Shown one piece after another: positions 8,901-19,128 of a stretch of DNA of 59,448 nucleotides (position 1 is the stretch's first letter; each line of letters starts with the position of its first letter). Source of the DNA: Terriglobales bacterium. Its GTDB lineage: Bacteria > Acidobacteriota > Terriglobia > Terriglobales > Acidobacteriaceae. The notes below the pieces were generated by a model. It saw nothing but the letters and a program-made list of their open reading frames with translations, did no database searches and was not told the DNA's origin. The translations under genes were made by a program, and so were the position numbers. The stretch lies in contig JBEKED010000001.1 in assembly GCA_050014035.1 (NCBI GenBank), positions 1 through 59,448 of the forward strand, read 5' to 3'.

Positions 8901-11732
8901 TGTCTGATTCGGCACCGCGTTATTCGAAGATGTCACACTCGCCAGACAGGTCGTATAACCTCCCGGCGACGGTACCCCGTAGTTCGTGCATAGACTGGCG
9001 ATCTGCAATGGATTTCCGAACAGCCCCACCGCTACCGCACCCGCCTCGTCCCGATCCACGATCACTGGAGTGCTCACCGACACGATCGAACCCGGCCAGA
9101 AGTTAAGTGTCCCGGTGTAATGGCCCGGTTTAATGGTGTACGCCGAGGTGGACGACGATCCGTTATCTGTATAACTGCAAACAAATCCGCCCGAGCAGGC
9201 CGCCGCCTGGGTCAGTCCTTTTGCCACATATCCGCATATCCCACCCGCTCCTCCAGGGCATCCTCCGCTATACGGAAACACTGAACCCACACTGGCTGGA
9301 GTCGCTATCCGCAGTACGTCATAAGTGATCCCATCCGCCCCATTTGCTACCCTGGGCCAGCGCACCGGAATCGACTCTGTTCCCGTCGATAGCCAACTCA
9401 TGATCTGCATCGGAGAGGTTTGCACATTAGTCGTCGTGTCATTAGCCACGATGAAATATGTGTACGGAATCGACCCGCTTCCACCCGCCGCAAACCCTCC
9501 CGTCGTGCCCCCATTCCCGGTAATCTCAAAACTCCCACTCGAGGCTCCCGCAATCAAACCCGCGATCCCGAGCCCAGGAAACGGAGATGTCGCTGGAGAT
9601 TGCGGGTTTAGTGCGTTGCTGTCCTCGGAATAGATGTTCTTGAGATATGCTCCCTGATAGTTCCCCGTGGTGTTCGATGCGTATACTTCCCACGGTCCCG
9701 TCGCTTGCAAAACTGTGTTCTCGATATAAAGCCCATTCGAGTTATAGTCGGTCACTCCATTCGAATAATTTGCCGTGATCGTCGAATCCCGCAGCGTAAT
9801 CACCGGCGCAATCGGCAAACTTTGGTTCCCTGCCGAGAACACGAACGATCCCGTCCAGTTCGCGTTAGCGTTCAGCGAAATGCCCTGATTGTTGAAGTGA
9901 TCGATGGTCGCATTCTCATCGTCCCACAGGTCGAAAAAGTTGTTGAAGTGGCCGTTCTCTGAATCTTTGTCATAGGAAATGTCCACCAGATGCGTGTCCA
10001 TCGCGTCGTCTAAAACCGCCACATACGCCAGCGCTACCACTCCAGGGCTTGTCTGCGCCGCAATATTAGCTGCCGTGTGCGCATACTGAAATGTGGTCGA
10101 GTTCGGTACCGCCGTGATCGTCGCATCCCCCCAGTAGCTGCTGTTGTCGGTAAATAAAATCGTCACCATATCCCCGACTCGAAAGCCATGCGGGCTCGCC
10201 GTCGTGATGGTCACCACCTGCGATGTCAACTGCGTTTGCGTGATCGCCACTCCCGCAAAAGATGCGTTGCTCGAAACATTGACCGGCGTCCGAAAGCTCA
10301 GCCCCGCAACCGTGTTGTCCGTGTAGTCGTTCGAGTACCTTAGATCGCCGATCTGCAAGCACGCCCCGCGCCCAAGGCAGTTCAGTGACGTCCCGTAGCC
10401 GCTCAGAATTGATTGGTTGCTATGCAGGTAGATGGTTCCATAGATGTTGTAGGTGTTAATCGTGCTGTTCGGCCCGTTCGCTGGAATCGTCACATTGCAC
10501 TGACTATTCTTGTACTGCGTCGCACTAACTCCGCAACCCGCATTCAGCGTCTCTTGTATACCGGAGGAGGCTGAACCAATGGTATATCCCGCCGCATAAG
10601 AGTAGAACGGAGTGAACGTAATCGTCCCTGACCCCGCTCCTGACATGCATCCCCCCGCCGCCGCGATCACACTCACCGCTTCGCTATTGCCTCCTCCAGT
10701 CAGAAGAACTTGATACCCGGCTCCACTCGTCGTATCAATGCCCGTCGGACACGGCGTCAGCGTGACCGTTGCCTGGGTTCCACCAGTTAACGTACTGGAC
10801 ATCGTTTGCGTCCAATTCAACGAAGTCGTCGCATACGTGATCCCCGCCGGCGCGCCCCCGCCACAGGAACCCCAGGTCGAGTTTCCATTCAAACACGTTG
10901 CTGAACTGGCCACTCCCGCACCCAGTTCCCCGGGAGGAACCGTCCCATTCACCAGCCCCGCTTTCACCGCCAGCCCGTTGTCCACATAGTTCCGGTCTGC
11001 TGCCTGGTTCGGCGACGTCGGATCCGCCGGCAACGTCAGCGGTCCAGTCATCGTCCCGCCCGCCAGGGGAAGGTACGCTCCCGCGCCAACATTCTGTACT
11101 GCCGTATCCACATAGTTCTTATTAGCCGCGTCAGTCGGCTGCACCGGCGCTGGCAGTAAAGGGGACGCTGTAAACTGCTTCGTGCCCGTTATCGTTTCCG
11201 TTCCCGCCAGGTGTACCACCGTGGCATCGACCGCCAGCGGCGCGATCGCCGCATTTACATACTCCTGCGTAGCTGCCAGATTCCCCAGCCCCGTATCCGG
11301 AGTCGTCAGCACCTCCGCAATCGTCACCGGCGATGTTGTCGGAACCGACCAATACTCAGTTCGCACCGTTCCATCATCCAGTTGGAAAACCGCAACATAC
11401 AACGTTCCCGCCGGAGTCGCTCCCACGTTCGGCACCAGCTGTGCCGTAAACGCCCCGAGCGGCCCGATCGTCACCGCCAGGTTGCCCGCCGCCACCGCAT
11501 CGCCCGCCGCCGACTCGAACGTCGGCCACGAAATCAGCACCGTACCCGACGCTGTCGTTCCGTCCGCCCGGTACACCGTATCGCTGATGGTCGTAAGCGC
11601 TGGTCCCTGGGCTTGCAATGTAGTCGACAACGATAACAATGCCAACGCCAACGCCGACAGCAGCACCCGTAAACTCACCATCCCCGTTGCCATCGGGAAG
11701 CACTCGTTATTCACCCCATACCATCTGCGCAT
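5982..11732 (-). CDS. Giant secreted tail-fibre-like repeat protein (~1916 aa)
   Basis: The ORF track gives 5982..11774. I prefer the ATG at 11732, which lies 8 nt after the SD GAGGAGAG. The product begins MRRWYGV...MVSLRVLLSALALALLSLSTTLQA/QG, a signal peptide. Phage tail-fibre collar motifs are present (PLAGGTMTGPLTLPADPTSPNQAADRNYVDN), and a VVHLAG(T/A)ETITG(T/A)K(Q/T)F module occurs three times. The protein is rich in Gly/Thr/Ser/Asn. Confidence 0.85.
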   Translation of the reverse strand: MRRWYGVNNECFPMATGMVSLRVLLSALALALLSLSTTLQAQGPALTTISDTVYRADGTTASGTVLISWPTFESAAGDAVAAGNLAVTIGPLGAFTAQLVPNVGATPAGTLYVAVFQLDDGTVRTEYWSVPTTSPVTIAEVLTTPDTGLGNLAATQEYVNAAIAPLAVDATVVHLAGTETITGTKQFTASPLLPAPVQPTDAANKNYVDTAVQNVGAGAYLPLAGGTMTGPLTLPADPTSPNQAADRNYVDNGLAVKAGLVNGTVPPGELGAGVASSATCLNGNSTWGSCGGGAPAGITYATTSLNWTQTMSSTLTGGTQATVTLTPCPTGIDTTSGAGYQVLLTGGGNSEAVSVIAAAGGCMSGAGSGTITFTPFYSYAAGYTIGSASSGIQETLNAGCGVSATQYKNSQCNVTIPANGPNSTINTYNIYGTIYLHSNQSILSGYGTSLNCLGRGACLQIGDLRYSNDYTDNTVAGLSFRTPVNVSSNASFAGVAITQTQLTSQVVTITTASPHGFRVGDMVTILFTDNSSYWGDATITAVPNSTTFQYAHTAANIAAQTSPGVVALAYVAVLDDAMDTHLVDISYDKDSENGHFNNFFDLWDDENATIDHFNNQGISLNANANWTGSFVFSAGNQSLPIAPVITLRDSTITANYSNGVTDYNSNGLYIENTVLQATGPWEVYASNTTGNYQGAYLKNIYSEDSNALNPQSPATSPFPGLGIAGLIAGASSGSFEITGNGGTTGGFAAGGSGSIPYTYFIVANDTTTNVQTSPMQIMSWLSTGTESIPVRWPRVANGADGITYDVLRIATPASVGSVFPYSGGCPGGAGGICGYVAKGLTQAAACSGGFVCSYTDNGSSSTSAYTIKPGHYTGTLNFWPGSIVSVSTPVIVDRDEAGAVAVGLFGNPLQIASLCTNYGVPSPGGYTTCLASVTSSNNAVPNQTATLLSDGANVGNGMTLTKGRLNFTGTPGSLISAHHIITLLDSQPTLTQSTWGFRPPASANDTWIGTDTPGNVYASAGQLAFGAPISITNYIAQTGDGIHSNWLERLTGTLKEFNVAAQFDQSVTLPGLTNGCLNVVSGLITSTGSACGSGGGGGGGVSSVFGRTGAVVAATGDYSVGQVTGAAVDSTVVHLANAETITGAKTFTTNVAVSGNLVLPAGSGYVPAVGGIGLDTAAGLPVVNIGGTTEQVALTSSNISGQAGTALALAATPTQCSGSFATGIAANGNANCTTPDLIELPETTQPSGINNWGVFWFDISKHAPFFIDNNGQAVQLGLTTLFNSDPGGGNPAYYLEERNGSNAENFRVYSTYTNNTQWTRMSMGYDTASGYQVLRSEDATSGNALGLGMYIGSSLKWGFAATGALKPSTDNSYDIGTDSGQAMRSVFAKTSFNIYSTGRQDFEYQNDGTNGTTLNSLAVYNSGASGVQTASTSSTDGVVGIVSSGAGTSNKAVITWAGLAVCNFDAGSPVAGDYVVASTTQAGECHDTGSTTRPTGVQVIGRIEGGNVRVSLGAPSGGGGGGAVSSVFGRTGAVTAATGDYSVGQVTGAAVDSTVVHLAGAETITGAKTFSSTVTLSGNLNVAGNINQTGSGPTQWSGVEWTGTSVTVPSGMNFSMGVGSDNAFHCQLSSGASCMPSGGGMVWPGAGIANSTGSAWGTSYTVGSTGSDIPQLSGGLLAASEIPNNAANTTGTAANLSGTPTLPSGTVLPGYVPTSTTVNGNALTGNIVVSASQVTTGTLPHAQLPTLLSSDIPNNAANTTGTAANLSGTPTLPNGTTATTQSVGDNSTKLATTAYVKSETYFNWTCPVAGSTSASQNCNWTIPAGLTITGFDFAANTAPVGCATYPVVQVWDGTAGAEVGGYSIPLTSGNNFYSQVTGSTNVTAGHLLRIKVTTAASGCSTNAAGMVATVTYQMQN

Positions 11733-11771
11733 GTCTTTTTCTCTCCTCGTAAGCGCGCGCGAAGCTTGGCC

Positions 11772-11800
11772 CAATAAGAAAGCCGCTCAATTTGAGCGGC
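11772..11800 (-). terminator. Rho-independent terminator after the phosphatase gene
   Basis: Minus strand reads GCCGCTC-aaatt-GAGCGGC followed by TTTCTTATTGG. It lies between the phosphatase stop (11895) and the tail-fibre-like start. Confidence 0.6.
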
Positions 11801-11808
11801 GCCCGAAA

Positions 11809-11860
11809 GGTTTTTCCCGTCTTTCTCTGTATTTCTCTGCGTCCTCTGCGTTAAGGTTTT
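11809..11860 (-). repeat. Triple-word intergenic element, copy E4 (word GCAGAG/ACAGAG)
   Basis: Plus strand reads GGTTTTTCCCGTCTTTCTCTGTATTTCTCTGCGTCCTCTGCGTTAAGGTTTT. Confidence 0.6.
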
Positions 11861-11894
11861 TGACTTTCGCCGCAACCGCACGAAAACCCGATGA

Positions 11895-12359
11895 TCACTC
11901 TGAAGCCCGCGGCTCGCTCTCCATTCGCGACGACACATATCGCCGCACGCTCTCCACGTACACATCCGCGAAATCCACCACCGGCCTGCATCTCTCGATC
12001 AGCACCATCGCCGCTTCCATCTCCCAATCCATTGCACAGAGCACTGCCAGCGTCATCATCGGCGCCCGGTGCACCCCCGCCGCGCAATGAATGTAAAGTC
12101 GCGCTGACGGTTCGTCCAGCGCTTCCAACGCAAAATCCACCCCGCGTTGCAGCAATTCCGACGGTTTTGGCAGAAAATCGTCGTCCGTAGGATTCCACAG
12201 CACCCGGATGCCATGCGGTGCCGCCAGCGGCCCGTCATCAAACTCGATCTGCATGTCGAGCACGTGCGTCACTCCCGCCTGCGCCAGTTCTTCCATGTTC
12301 CGCGCGTTCCAGATCCCACCCCCCAGCGCGATTCGCTCCGTGACCCAGGATATGTCCAT
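11895..12359 (-). CDS. Dual-specificity / tyrosine protein phosphatase
   Basis: 154-aa ORF with the CX5R active-site loop (IHCAAGVHRAP) in a DSP-sized protein. Confidence 0.85.
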   Translation of the reverse strand: MDISWVTERIALGGGIWNARNMEELAQAGVTHVLDMQIEFDDGPLAAPHGIRVLWNPTDDDFLPKPSELLQRGVDFALEALDEPSARLYIHCAAGVHRAPMMTLAVLCAMDWEMEAAMVLIERCRPVVDFADVYVESVRRYVSSRMESEPRASE

Positions 12360-12432
12360 GCTGCGTTCCGCCGCACCCTCCGGCCCAATCCTCAGTGGCT
12401 CCCTAGCACTCTTCTGATTCTACGTCACTCCC

Positions 12433-12465
12433 CAAAATAGAAAAGGGCGCGATTTGCGTCGCGCC
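12433..12465 (-). terminator. Rho-independent terminator after the sigma-like gene
   Basis: Minus strand reads GGGCGCGA-cgcaaa-TCGCGCCC followed by TTTTCTATTTT, 40 nt downstream of the stop at 12507. Confidence 0.7.
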
Positions 12466-12506
12466 CTTCGGAGTTCTAAATATTCTTGACTCTTATATCC
12501 AGAATA

Positions 12507-13088
12507 TCAGATCACAGGGGGTAAACGGACATCTTTTTCATGTTTATTTTTGCCATCCTTTGAACCACTTACGTCGAAATCATAGCTTTCACCCCCTTGA
12601 CAACTTTCAACCCCACAAGTCGCCGACCCCATTTCTTCCAACAAACCGCCCGCGAGTAGTATCCGCCCGAGTTCGTCGAGCGCCTCCTGTAAGCGGCGGC
12701 GCACGCTTCTGGGCGTACAACCGAGCAGTCGTGCGACCTCATGCGCATCGTATTCTTCGAGAATATTCATCGCTAGCAACCTTTTGTCGATTGCGCTCAA
12801 CTTATCGATCGCCTTCTCCATATCGGTCACAAAGATCACAACGTCTTCGAAGTTCCTCATCGTGTATGACGTCACCCGTGTTCGGAAGAACTCCCGACCC
12901 AGCAGCGACGGCAGTCTCCCTACCTCGACCGAAGCTCGGGCATACCGCCGCAGCAGCGCTGTTGTGCGTGCGCGGTAAGGCCACATTTCCATCTCCGTTT
13001 CGGCAAACAACACCGATGGTGGCGGTCCTGCCTGTCCCATCAGACTCCGTGAGTCTGCGTTCATGGTTTGCACGCTTGTCATGCCCAC
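12507..13088 (-). CDS. Sigma-70 region-4-like HTH protein (no recognisable region 2)
   Basis: 193-aa ORF. The central segment LSAIDKRLLAMNILEEYDAHEVARLLGCTPRSVRRRLQEALDELGRIL matches the sigma-70 region 4 HTH pattern. It overlaps the upstream zinc-ribbon ORF by 10 nt. Confidence 0.6.
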   Translation of the reverse strand: MGMTSVQTMNADSRSLMGQAGPPPSVLFAETEMEMWPYRARTTALLRRYARASVEVGRLPSLLGREFFRTRVTSYTMRNFEDVVIFVTDMEKAIDKLSAIDKRLLAMNILEEYDAHEVARLLGCTPRSVRRRLQEALDELGRILLAGGLLEEMGSATCGVESCQGGESYDFDVSGSKDGKNKHEKDVRLPPVI

Positions 13089-13369
13089 ACCCCCATCGTA
13101 GCCACGCCCTGCAAAGACTCAATTCGTCCCGAGTTATGGGGGTGTTCTCTTCGACCCGTCGTTTCTTGTCCTTGCGCTCGCGTTCTGTGTCGGCGTCCTT
13201 CCCGGGGAAGCGCCTCCCCAGACTTTGGCATCGCCGCCAAACAGATACGGCAACCGGCGCAATACACGCCGTCTGCTCCCTGCGGACGCAGCCACAATCC
13301 GCCGCACCGCTCGCAATATTTCAGTTCGACTTGGATTTGCGGACTTTCCATTCTGCCTATGAAGTTCAT
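13079..13369 (-). CDS. Small zinc-ribbon protein
   Basis: 96-aa ORF with a strong SD (AAGGAGAGG) 5 nt before the ATG. It has two CxxC pairs (CERCGG ... CAGCRIC). It is translationally coupled to the sigma-like ORF. Confidence 0.6.
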   Translation of the reverse strand: MNFIGRMESPQIQVELKYCERCGGLWLRPQGADGVYCAGCRICLAAMPKSGEALPREGRRHRTRAQGQETTGRREHPHNSGRIESLQGVATMGVWA

Positions 13370-13402
13370 GATTGCCTCTCCTTATGAAATGGGACCATTC
13401 AA

Positions 13403-13443
13403 ACAATAAAAAGCCCTGGTGCCGACTTCTCGGCCCCAGGGCT
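13403..13443 (-). terminator. Rho-independent terminator after the YezD-like gene
   Basis: Minus strand reads AGCCCTGG-ggccgagaagtcggca-CCAGGGCT followed by TTTTTATTGTTTG. Confidence 0.7.
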
Positions 13444-13492
13444 CGTTTCTCTTACGATGACCTGTAATGCTATTTATTTAGAAATGCAGTAG

Positions 13493-13720
13493 CTACTGTA
13501 ACCGGGCGGCAACCCCGGACTCAGATTGCCGGAAGTAACCTTCCTCGTAGCCAGACTTGAGCACCTGCCCGTTTTGCACCAGGACGCTCAGCCGCCCATT
13601 GAAGCGAATAACCTGCAGTAACCGTTGCATCGCTGCAGAGAGCACTTCCGCCGAGCGTACTTTCCGGCGGAACTCTCCGAAGTGTTTTTCTTCATTCTCG
13701 TGAGACTGTGTTTCTATCAT
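13493..13720 (-). CDS. Small YezD/DUF2292-like protein
   Basis: The ORF track gives 13493..13741. I prefer the start at MIETQ (13720), which follows the SD GAGAGG. The C-terminal segment LLQVIRFNGRLSVLVQNGQVLKSGYEEGY resembles the YezD pattern (FGS-V-x-I-x-VQDGKVV). The family assignment is tentative. Confidence 0.5.
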   Translation of the reverse strand: MIETQSHENEEKHFGEFRRKVRSAEVLSAAMQRLLQVIRFNGRLSVLVQNGQVLKSGYEEGYFRQSESGVAARLQ

Positions 13721-14135
13721 GACAGGTAACCTCTCTTGCATTTATAAGTAGATTATGAAACATAGTACTGTCTTATAGTACAAACCTATCCTTAGTAAGT
13801 CAATAATTACGTTACTGTGATGTTGTAACCTATACGTATGTCAGCCTTACAGACGGCATCCTATACTGCGACATCGAATCCTTCCCTGCTTTATGGAAGT
13901 AAGAACCTTTAAGTAAAGTCAAATGTGCCGACATCGGAGGCCGCAGGTTCCAGCGTGGAAATTCAACTAAGATGGAACTGCAAAGGATACTATGCAGGTG
14001 TACAAAAGTAGGTATTCATTGTCCGATAGCATTAATGAGGATGGAAAGGTCCGTGAATTATCTTTCCAGGCGATCACATGCCCGGGTCTTCAACGGGAAA
14101 GTCCTCGACGGGATTGCCCCGTCCCCACGGCAAGA

Positions 14136-14798
14136 CTAGCCACGTTCAAACACGTGCTTTTCTTCTAACTGCCGAACCGCTGCAGCCATGTCGCCTTCAT
14201 AGCGCTCTCTTTGCTCAATTAGCGCCGGGAGCGCGGTGGCATGGCGCCGCGCCATGGTGAAGAGCCCTTGCTTTGCGACTTCAGCCGCGATCTCAGCAAG
14301 GTGATCGACGGTGGTATCGAGGTAGAGGCTTTCAATCGGGTCGCCCAGCCACACATCTCCGCCCACCAGACGCGTTTGCCAGTACACCTTGCGCTCGATC
14401 ATGCGCGAAATTTCTTCGTCGCTAGCCTGGCCGAAACTCCACTTCTTGAGCTTGAAGTTGTAGTGTCTGCTGGAAAGAGGCAGCGGCACCAGTTTGCCCG
14501 ATTTCACGAACTCCGTCTGCTTCTGATCGACTTCCTTGCGCAGAGCATTGATGACCAGGCCTTCTGTGTCTTTCGGTTCGAGGGAAGGCAGCGCTTCCCG
14601 TAAAGTGGCGGAAAGATTCACGGCCACCAGCGCGCGCAGGTCATCGGAGTTTTCCAGCGTGACCACAGTATGCAGAACCTCAAAGTCCGCGCCCGACGTG
14701 GCGTGGTGAAAAGGCCATTCGAGTTTGAAACTGAGTGGCAGTCCAGTGCGGGTGACATAGATGGTTTTCGGCGTGGTACTCTGGTTCGGGGTGCTCAT
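14136..14798 (-). CDS. Hypothetical protein (220 aa, no recognised family)
   Basis: Long ORF with normal (not Arg/Pro-skewed) composition, and no better ORF on either strand. I recognise no motifs. Confidence 0.6.
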   Translation of the reverse strand: MSTPNQSTTPKTIYVTRTGLPLSFKLEWPFHHATSGADFEVLHTVVTLENSDDLRALVAVNLSATLREALPSLEPKDTEGLVINALRKEVDQKQTEFVKSGKLVPLPLSSRHYNFKLKKWSFGQASDEEISRMIERKVYWQTRLVGGDVWLGDPIESLYLDTTVDHLAEIAAEVAKQGLFTMARRHATALPALIEQRERYEGDMAAAVRQLEEKHVFERG

Positions 14799-14852
14799 AG
14801 GATCTTTGCCAATATTGTAAGCCGTTATTTTAACCTTGATGCATTGCTGAGC

Positions 14853-16118
14853 CTACCGCGACGTCGTCAGACGGACCAATTGCCACAAATTCCAAATCGC
14901 GGAGGCGCCCAACAATCCGCACAGACCTGCCGTCACGGGCACCCCCTGTTGCGTCTCCAACAAATCGGCGAACACTCCGCTGACGAAAACGAAAAGGAAC
15001 ACGAGCAGTGTCAGATGAAACCCTTGTCCCGGAAAATCGGGAGTGCCCATAGCCGAAATGAGTAACAGTACCGCCACCAAGAGCGGCACCGTGTTTCCGA
15101 AATAACGTGTGCGCTTCCAACCGAGGTATGCGATCAGTGCAACCGGCAAGGCAATCATCAGCGGAGGACTGCTGACGGAGATTGTTTGCATGATGCTCCG
15201 GTAAGAGGCCGGCATTTCAAACGCGGCAGGTTCGAAGTCAAACCACCGCGCGTGCCGTATCCCTTGCCAGAACAACGCAGCTTCGAAACAGTAGGCGGCA
15301 AACAGCAACACTACGGCGACTGCGACGGCAACCATCCAAACCCCGAGCGCCGCGAGCGGACGGACGGGCGCGACCCACAATATTAGCGGCAAAATCAATA
15401 GCGCCAGCACTCCAAGAGAAAACTGGTTGCCCGTTGCCAGCGCAAACGACAGCCCCAGAAGCAGAATGCGCCGCCAATTCCAGAGCACCACTTCGCGAGG
15501 AGCATAGAGTGTGTGCGCGACAGCAATCGCAGCGAAAACGGTTCCGAACGCCCCCCACACCGCACCCATCTCTCCCGCGCTCTGGATGCCAGTTGCGTTC
15601 ACGATCATAGCCGGCGAAAAGCAGTAGAGTACAAGCGCGATATATCCACCAGCGTTGCCGGAAAGCCGGCGCGCAACGTACCAGAGCGAAGCTCCCAGCA
15701 TGACGCCGAAAAACAGGTATGGGATCGCGGTCAGGAATGGTTGGAGCGATTCCGGCAGCCACGCCCCGTGGCGCACCAGAAGCGGCGCCGCAGCAATGAG
15801 GTAGTAGAGGGGCGAGCGGTCCTGATCGTAACCGTCGCGCACGCGAAGGTGTCCGGAGCGGCCCGCGGAAGGCAATCCGGTTGCGGCCTCCGAACGCAAC
15901 GACTCGGGAGTTCCCGCGATGACGCCTCTCTTCCACTGCTCGAGGCCTTGATAGATGCGCAGAGACTGGTCGGAGTCCGGCAGCGCAGCCTGTAACGTTT
16001 GCACGCGTATCAGCCATACGCATTGCAGCAGGTACACCAGAAGCAGCGCGGCCGCGATCCACTGCGGAGCGCGGAACGCATCGGAATGGAAAAATCGGGG
16101 CACCGATTCGCGCAACAA
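14853..16118 (-). CDS. Polytopic membrane protein, GT-C (ArnT/PMT_2)-like glycosyltransferase
   Basis: 421-aa ORF with roughly 10 or more hydrophobic spans. The first-loop motif DQDRSPLYYL is typical of GT-C enzymes. The function call is tentative. Confidence 0.6.
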   Translation of the reverse strand: MLRESVPRFFHSDAFRAPQWIAAALLLVYLLQCVWLIRVQTLQAALPDSDQSLRIYQGLEQWKRGVIAGTPESLRSEAATGLPSAGRSGHLRVRDGYDQDRSPLYYLIAAAPLLVRHGAWLPESLQPFLTAIPYLFFGVMLGASLWYVARRLSGNAGGYIALVLYCFSPAMIVNATGIQSAGEMGAVWGAFGTVFAAIAVAHTLYAPREVVLWNWRRILLLGLSFALATGNQFSLGVLALLILPLILWVAPVRPLAALGVWMVAVAVAVVLLFAAYCFEAALFWQGIRHARWFDFEPAAFEMPASYRSIMQTISVSSPPLMIALPVALIAYLGWKRTRYFGNTVPLLVAVLLLISAMGTPDFPGQGFHLTLLVFLFVFVSGVFADLLETQQGVPVTAGLCGLLGASAIWNLWQLVRLTTSR

Positions 16119-16220
16119 GGCAGACCGAGTGTTTTACCATGTCCGGGACAATAATGGAGAACAAACCGACGCAGAGCGTCTTGATTGGCGAAGCGGAATA
16201 AAATGTCCGCCCTACACAAC

Positions 16221-19007
<2,787 letters not shown>

Positions 19008-19128
19008 TCACTATTTTAACACAGAAAGCGCGCATTTCGGGGTCGGAATCGAGACGATAAACTGCGCTTTTTGTTGCTCTTAGGAACGTACTTTCGAGTG
19101 CAGGACAGCGCTCCCGAGCGATCGGATT

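Noticed and set aside
5982-11774. The fibre-like giant protein as a target of a diversity-generating retroelement.
   Set aside because: No reverse transcriptase gene is present, and no template repeat matches the 3' end of the gene within the window.
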